NCBI GenBank assembly: GCA_001275005.1
Contig: JWZX01003284.1
Location: 1 to 46,570, forward strand
Reading direction: 5' to 3'
Origin: Chrysochromulina tobinii
Lineage: Eukaryota
Length of the DNA stretch: 46,570 bases
A model generated the notes under the pieces. It was not told the DNA's origin, ran no database searches, and saw nothing but the letters and a program-made list of their open reading frames with translations. Below, one piece after another: positions 41,027 to 46,570 of the stretch. Every line of letters starts with the position of its first letter. Positions within the stretch are counted from its first letter, which is position 1. The translations under genes were made by a program, and so were the position numbers.

Positions 41027-43001
41027 TTACCCCCCATCACCTCTTATCTTCGGCAGCCGCATCACCTTGGCCAGCTGTCCCCGAAGCTTCTTGAGCACAA
41101 ACGGGTGCTCGCCGGGCGTAGTGAGCTCCTCACGTAGCCTTCCCGCGCGCGACGCATTCGCATCGACACGGAAGAGGTCAACGTGGCGCTCGCACTTCGC
41201 CTTGGCCTCGAGCGCGTCGGTTCCATGCTGTCTGCGGTCTGCGGTCCATTGGATGAGGGTCCAGCCCTGCGGGCGAATGGTATGGCTGACTCAGTGGCCC
41301 ATGCAGCACTCGGTGACATTCACACCATGGCATTCACACCATGACATCACACCAGTGGCCCATGCAGCACTCGGTGGCAGTCCGCAGCAATAGAGGCACG
41401 CTGGGGCACACAGTGACAATCAGTGGCCATCAAGTGGCCATGAGTGGCCATCAAGCGGCCATCAAGTGGCCATCAAGCGGCCATCAAGTGGTCATCAAGA
41501 GGCCATGAAGAGGTCATCAAGCGGCCATGAAGAGGTCATCAAGTGGTCATCAGTGGCCATCAAGAGGCCATCAAGTGGCCATCAAGTGGCGATCGATGGC
41601 AACCACCTGCGTGCGCACGGCATAGCCCATACAGCGCTCGGGTTCGCTCACAGGCCATTGCGAGAAGGCGAGCGCACTCGCTATCCGTCGCTTGGGCGCT
41701 CGTCGTCGCATCAGAGGCACAAGGGACCGTCCCTCAAGCGGCGGTGGCTCACCTGTTCCACTCGCGCCACCGCCGCTGCCCTCTGCAGCCGCGCCGCTCG
41801 CGCCGCCACCCGTGCCAGGTACGGGAAGGCCGCACAGCTGCAGCACTGTAGGAAAGACATCGATGAGCTCCACAGGAGCTTGGACGCGCTTAGGTGACAC
41901 TCCGGGCGCCGCAACGAGTAGAGGCACGTGCGTGTCTGCCGCGAGCAACGTGTGCTTGCCCCACCCTCCATGATGGCCTAGTTTATATCCGTGGTCGCTC
42001 AGGAGCACAATGAGCGACGTCTCCCTGGCCGCCGTGCCAAGCGCTGCCAGCACGCGCCCAACCTGTGCATCCACAAACGAGACGGCCGCCGCGTACGCGC
42101 GCACGAGGTCGAGTCCCTCCGGACTGTTCGGCTTGAGTCGCCGCCGGATCCGCATCTCGGGCCGATGCGCAAAGTCGAAGAGCTCGCCGTCGCCCGCGCG
42201 CACGTGACTCGCGCTCAACTCGGACAGCCCCGCGGGTGCGCGCGCCTCGGTGCCCGTCGGCGCGTGCCGTGCGGCTGCCTCAGCTGCATCCCAGTAACGC
42301 GCAGGAACGTTGAAGGGCAGATGGGGCCGTATGAAACCGACGGCGAGCAGCCACGGGCGCGGCTGCTCGTGCAGCCGGCGCAGGGCACGTACCGCGAGCG
42401 TGCCCAAGCGCTCGTCAGTGTACGGGCTACTCGGCCGATCGGGGCCAACCTCAAAGGGGGGCACCAACCCGTTCACCGACACCTTGTCGCCGCCGTGGCG
42501 GCGCCGCCTCGTCGTTTTCTGCCTGGCTACGTTGGGCGCCGTCATGTATTGGTTGTAGCGCCAGCCATGCGTCCAGCCGCCGGCGCGAGACCACGCACGG
42601 CCGGTCAGCCCACGGTACGTATGGTTGTCTGCCCACTCGTCCTGGCCGCTCCACGATGGCGAGTCGTCGAGGAACTGGTGGAAGATCTTTCCGTACGAGA
42701 CGGTCAAGTACCCGTGCTCCCGAAACACCTGCGGCAGCGTCTTCAAGCGTTTGTGGCGGGCGCGCACATGCGTCTGCAGATCGTACACGCCGTGTGAGTC
42801 GGGGCGCAAGCCGGTGAGGAGCGAGGCCCTGCTCGGAGCGCAGTTAGCGACGGAGGCGTGCGCCTGCAGAAACGTGACGCTAGACTTCGAGAGGGCATCG
42901 ATGGCGGGTGTGCGGGCCCATTTCCGACCATACGATCCGAGATCGGTCCTCAAGTCGTCGATGATCAGCATTAGGAGGTTTAGCCTCGTGCGGCCGTCCA
43001 T
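41027..43001 (-). CDS. Formylglycine-dependent sulfatase, iduronate-2-sulfatase-like; exons 43001-41607 and 41266-41027
   Basis: NLLMLIIDDLR, TPAIDAL, CAPSRASLLTG (CxPxR), GKIFH, GFIRPHLPF, SDHGYKLG and VELIDVFPT. The spliced MGYAVRTQ|GWTLIQW junction crosses intron 41267-41606. Confidence 0.88.
41420..41600 (-). repeat. Intronic 11-mer array (CTTGATGGCCA on the sense strand)
   Basis: Reads tggccatcaag repeats on +, i.e. CTTGATGGCCA in the sulfatase pre-mRNA. Confidence 0.85.
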
Positions 43002-43200
43002 TTCGTCGTGACTGTGCTTTGGGAGGGAAGGGTGTGAAAGTGTGAACGTTAACACGACAATGCGTCTACAGTAGCTACATGTACTGTAATTGAAGTGTGA
43101 TGTCCAACACGCTTCACAGAAGTTTGCTCTCGTTGCTACGGCGGCACGACGGAGGGCGCCTTCGCTCCGCTCGCATATTCCGCCAGGGACTCGGTACATC

Positions 43201-44619
43201 ATGCCGAAAGGAAATCCGAAGAAGCCGCCCGGCTCCAAAAAATCTGCTCTCCCACCCAAGCTGCTGTCGAGCTGGGGCTTCGTCATCTTCGGCGCGTGCG
43301 GTGTGGCGCTCGCAATTGTCATGCCGCACCTCCTCAAGTACCTATTCCCGCACCCAGAACCGAAGCCACGCGTGGACAACGGCGCTACCCAGCAGCAGCA
43401 GCAGCAGAGCTCGCCAAAGGCCGTCTGCGCAGAGGACGGCCCGCCGGAGCATGAGATGTGCCTCGCCTGGCACAAGGCCGGATACTGCCGCGCACAGCGC
43501 CGCGGCGTCAGCTTTCCATCAGCTCAGCAGGTGCAGGAGCAGTGCGCTCGCACCTGCGGGCTCTGCCCTAACACTAAAGGGCGCAATCCACCCAAGCCGC
43601 GTGAGGATCGTTGCTCGCGCGACAACACCACGGCGGCCGTGCCCGAGGGCGAGCTCAACCGGCTCTTCGAGCGCATCAAAGCGGAGTACCCGGAGTACGA
43701 GCCGACGTTTCTCTCGACGTCGCCGTATGTGTTGCACCTGAAGAACTTCATCAGCGCGGAGGAGGCGGCCGCGTTCCAGAGCACGTGCAAGGAGTCCTTC
43801 GAGCGCTCGCTCGCGGGCGACCAGCTCAACCCGGTGCGCACCTCGTTCCAGTGTTGGTGCAACTTCGGAGACTGCTTCGCGAACCCTCTGGTGCACCGCG
43901 TGACACGTCGGATCAACAACCTGACGAACACGCCGTACGACAACGGCGAGGACCTTCAGGTCGTGCGGTACGAGCCGGGCCAATTCTACCGCGTCCACCA
44001 CGACCAGAACACGGCCGTGTGGGCACCCCAGGGTCCTCGTGTCCTCACCTTCTTCATGTACCTCAACGACGTCCCCTCGGGCGGCGAGACCGCGTTTCCA
44101 CAGATACCCTCGCCGTCGGGCAAGGGCCACCTTATCGTCCAGCCGCGGCTCGGCCATGCCATCCTGTGGCCTTCGGTCTTCGACGAGCGGCCCATGGAGG
44201 CTGATGAGCGCACCAATCACGAGGCGATGCCGGTGCACGAGGGCGTCAAATTTGGCGCCAATATGTGGATCCACCAGGTGCGTGCGACTGATTGCGACTG
44301 ATTGCGACTGATTGCCACGGATTGCCACGGATTGCCACTGATGGCCACTGATGGCCACTGATTGCCACTGATGACCTCCCGATATGTGGATCCACATCAG
44401 TTCTCATTCAAGACGCCGTCGGAGCGAGGGTGCGAACTCACGTATGTCAACACGGTCGGCCGCCAGCCGCAGACGCGCGAGCATGAGGCGCTCGTCGCTG
44501 GGCGAGTTCCCACGTATGAGGAGACGGTGCGAGCCGCGAGCCAGAGCAAGAGCCTCGACCCGGACACGCTCGCCCGCCTCGATGCCAAATTCAAACGAGG
44601 AGGTCGCGACCAGGTGTGA
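43201..44619 (+). CDS. Prolyl 4-hydroxylase (2OG-Fe(II) oxygenase) with N-terminal TM anchor and ShKT-like domain; exons 43201-44277 and 44401-44619
   Basis: TM segment WGFVIFGACGVALAIVM, ShKT-like CLAWHKAGYC...QCARTCGLC, LQVVRYEPGQFYRVHHD, TFFMYLNDVPSGGETAFP and HEAMPVHEGVKFGANMWIH. Intron at 44278-44400. Confidence 0.9.
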
Positions 44620-45950
44620 ACCCGGTGTTCGTGTGTGTTGATGTCTCGAGGTATGGTTAGCCCCGCATGGCTGTTTCGTATAGCGGTCAGTCGAGACCGC
44701 TGCCATCACCTTGTGGGATGATCTTTCGGAGGTTTCAATATAAGTAAGTCTCAGGTTGAAAGGTTCCGTCGAGGTCCAAAATTTTGTCGAGGTCGCGAGC
44801 GTCGACTGATGAAAGAAGCCCCCGGGAGGTTTCAATTATCAATATACCGAACCGCGCCCGACTCCCCCGCCTCTCCGTGACTCGCCGGTCTCGCGAGCTC
44901 ATCCGGGGCGGGACCGGGGGACGTCGGGGGGCTCCGGCCGCACCGCCGGCCGATACGCGTGTGCACTGTGCAGCGCGCGCCTTCATTTCGCCGACCGCCT
45001 TATTTTGAGCAGGCGCGGGGAGGCGCTCTGGGAACGGGCCTGGCGGCAGGGTCGGGTTCGTAGGGGGCGGCCTCTCGTCTTCTGAGTCGGCCGCGAGGAG
45101 CGGTTGGCTCCCGGGGGCTGCGGCTGTTGAGTCGGCCGCGGATTCGGTGTTTTTCGGTCGTCGCACGGTCGTGCGGTGTGGGTGCGTTGGTGCGTTGGGA
45201 TGGTTGTGAGGTTCGTCCGTGTGCTCCGTGTGCCCGTATGTCCCCGTGAACGTTAACACGACAGACGCGACAACCGGTGCTACGGCACTGGGCACTCGGA
45301 TACTGCCCGCCGGATTCACCGTTGTGTGTCCCCGCCCCGGCCCCCCGCGCCCGGCTCCGGGGCCGGTGTCTTTTTACCGAACCGAACGGTTCGTTGAGTC
45401 ATTCCAGTCATGAGTGCACGATCGCCCTTACTAGCCCTCACGCCTTCGCACTCGACCGTGTGTAATTGGCCGTTGTGAACCGCTGGGATGAGCCATGACG
45501 CATTCACAACGCGCGCGCGCGTGTCACTTCACTTTACTCGACTGGGGCATGTGTACATCATACGAGTACATGTAAAGAGACTCTCAAGTTGATCATGATT
45601 CATGTAACTGTGCGATTGAGAGTGCCCTGCCTCGTGCCTCGTGCCTCGGTCCTCGACGCGTCGCTAGCTTCTGGACTGGACTCGCTCGGCTTGTTGTACG
45701 ATGTGCGTCCTGGTTCTGGGTTGGGTTCGCTTGTACAAGCCTTGTAGTTGCTCATGCTGTTGTACGCATCTCACATGGTAGTGTGAGGTATCCCCCGCAC
45801 CGAGTCCCTCACCGAGCACTCTCACGTGGTTCAGCCCAGTCCGTCATCAGCCCACCCGTCATGGGCTGCTGAACCGATGCGGCGGCCGTCTCGGTGAGGG
45901 TGCACACCCGTCATCGCGATCTTTCGAGCGCACACGTCCGCACTCCGGAC

Positions 45951-46017
45951 TCTCATCGCTGCTCATAGCTGCTCATGGCTGCTCATGGCTGCTCATCGCT
46001 GCTCATCGCTGCTCATG
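45951..46017 (-). repeat. Decamer array (ATGAGCAGCN) at the 3' end of the second TRP gene
   Basis: ctcatcgctg/ctcatggctg repeats on +, about 6 copies. Confidence 0.8.
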
Positions 46018-46570
46018 CGTCATGGCGGCCGACGCCAATTGAACCGGCGTCACTGTTTTCCGGCCTTCTTCTTCTTCCCGCCTGTTCGATCCGATGCCAC
46101 GGGGTCTTCCTCTTCTGCTATTCCCTGCCGACTGCTCCACATTGGACGACGGCCATCCGGCCGTCGAATGCTGCCCCTTCATGATCACTTCGGTGAGTTT
46201 GCTCATAAGGCCTTCCATCTTGTCCATCCTCTTATTGAGTTGGACATCATTGTACTCTTGCTTAGAAACGATCGTCTTCACGTCACCCCCAACCTCTTCC
46301 ATATTCGTGGCATCCTCTTCGGCGCGCTTCAGCGAGTGGAGCAGCCTCTTTGCCACCTGATCTAATTTCTGGTTAGCCACCTTAATCTCGGCAATCTGAT
46401 CTTCATCCATGCCTTTCTTTGATTGTTCGCCGGTGCCGGTGGTCGCCTTGCGATACATGAACGTCAAGAACGCATAGAGAGTGATCGGCAGATTGAAAGG
46501 CGGCGGCACGGCGCTGAAACGGTCGTTGCACTCGATGATCGACTGAAGTCGACCAAACTTCCACTCCAGA
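46003..46570 (-). CDS. 3' end of a second TRP-family channel (TRP box and coiled coil); runs off the right edge
   Basis: The frame extended to the edge reads LEWKFGRLQSIIECNDRFSAVPPPFNLP (EWKFxR TRP box plus PPPFN), followed by the coiled coil LNKRMDKMEGLMSKL. Confidence 0.8.
   Translation of the reverse strand, partial: LEWKFGRLQSIIECNDRFSAVPPPFNLPITLYAFLTFMYRKATTGTGEQSKKGMDEDQIAEIKVANQKLDQVAKRLLHSLKRAEEDATNMEEVGGDVKTIVSKQEYNDVQLNKRMDKMEGLMSKLTEVIMKGQHSTAGWPSSNVEQSAGNSRRGRPRGIGSNRREEEEGRKTVTPVQLASAAMTHEQR

Noticed and set aside
28859..44619. Lactonase, carboxypeptidase, sulfatase and P4H as a metabolic gene cluster
   Set aside because: No shared pathway is evident, and the genes are interleaved with unrelated ones.
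44735..45319. 194-aa minus-strand ORF as a CDS
   Set aside because: Non-ATG start, low complexity and no motif; mentioned only as a possible transcript in the findings.
1..46570. Autonomous transposon, tRNA or rRNA genes
   Set aside because: No transposase, reverse transcriptase, integrase, terminal repeats or structured RNA gene was recognised by eye.

Overview
This is GC-rich, gene-dense eukaryotic nuclear DNA with GT-AG spliceosomal introns. The intron style, the Pro/Cys-rich surface-protein gene and the gene content suggest a haptophyte-like alga; that taxonomy is inference only. About 18 protein-coding loci can be reconstructed: a Cys/Pro-rich surface protein, a PKG-like kinase, an MFS transporter, an AIG1/GIMAP GTPase, a 14-intron TRPM-like channel, a frameshifted ARM/HEAT-like gene, a V-ATPase proteolipid, several hypotheticals, a SET-domain protein, a beta-propeller lactonase, an S10 serine carboxypeptidase, a tandem NUDIX-like protein, an EML-like WD40 protein, a sulfatase, an ShKT-prolyl 4-hydroxylase and the 3' end of a second TRP channel. 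The strongest signal is one class of introns that contain copies of their own flanking exon ends, and in one case tandem copies of the spliced exon-exon junction. These introns are padded with sense-strand arrays of branch-point-like 5-11 nt repeats and often share a CCTCCCTCATCAG acceptor, which suggests an active duplication/repair-driven mode of intron creation. Also notable are a V-ATPase c subunit with no proton-binding glutamate, whose start codon is formed by splicing (A|TG), and several isolated frameshifts plus an in-frame TAG that may be assembly errors. All exon models were built by hand without transcript data.
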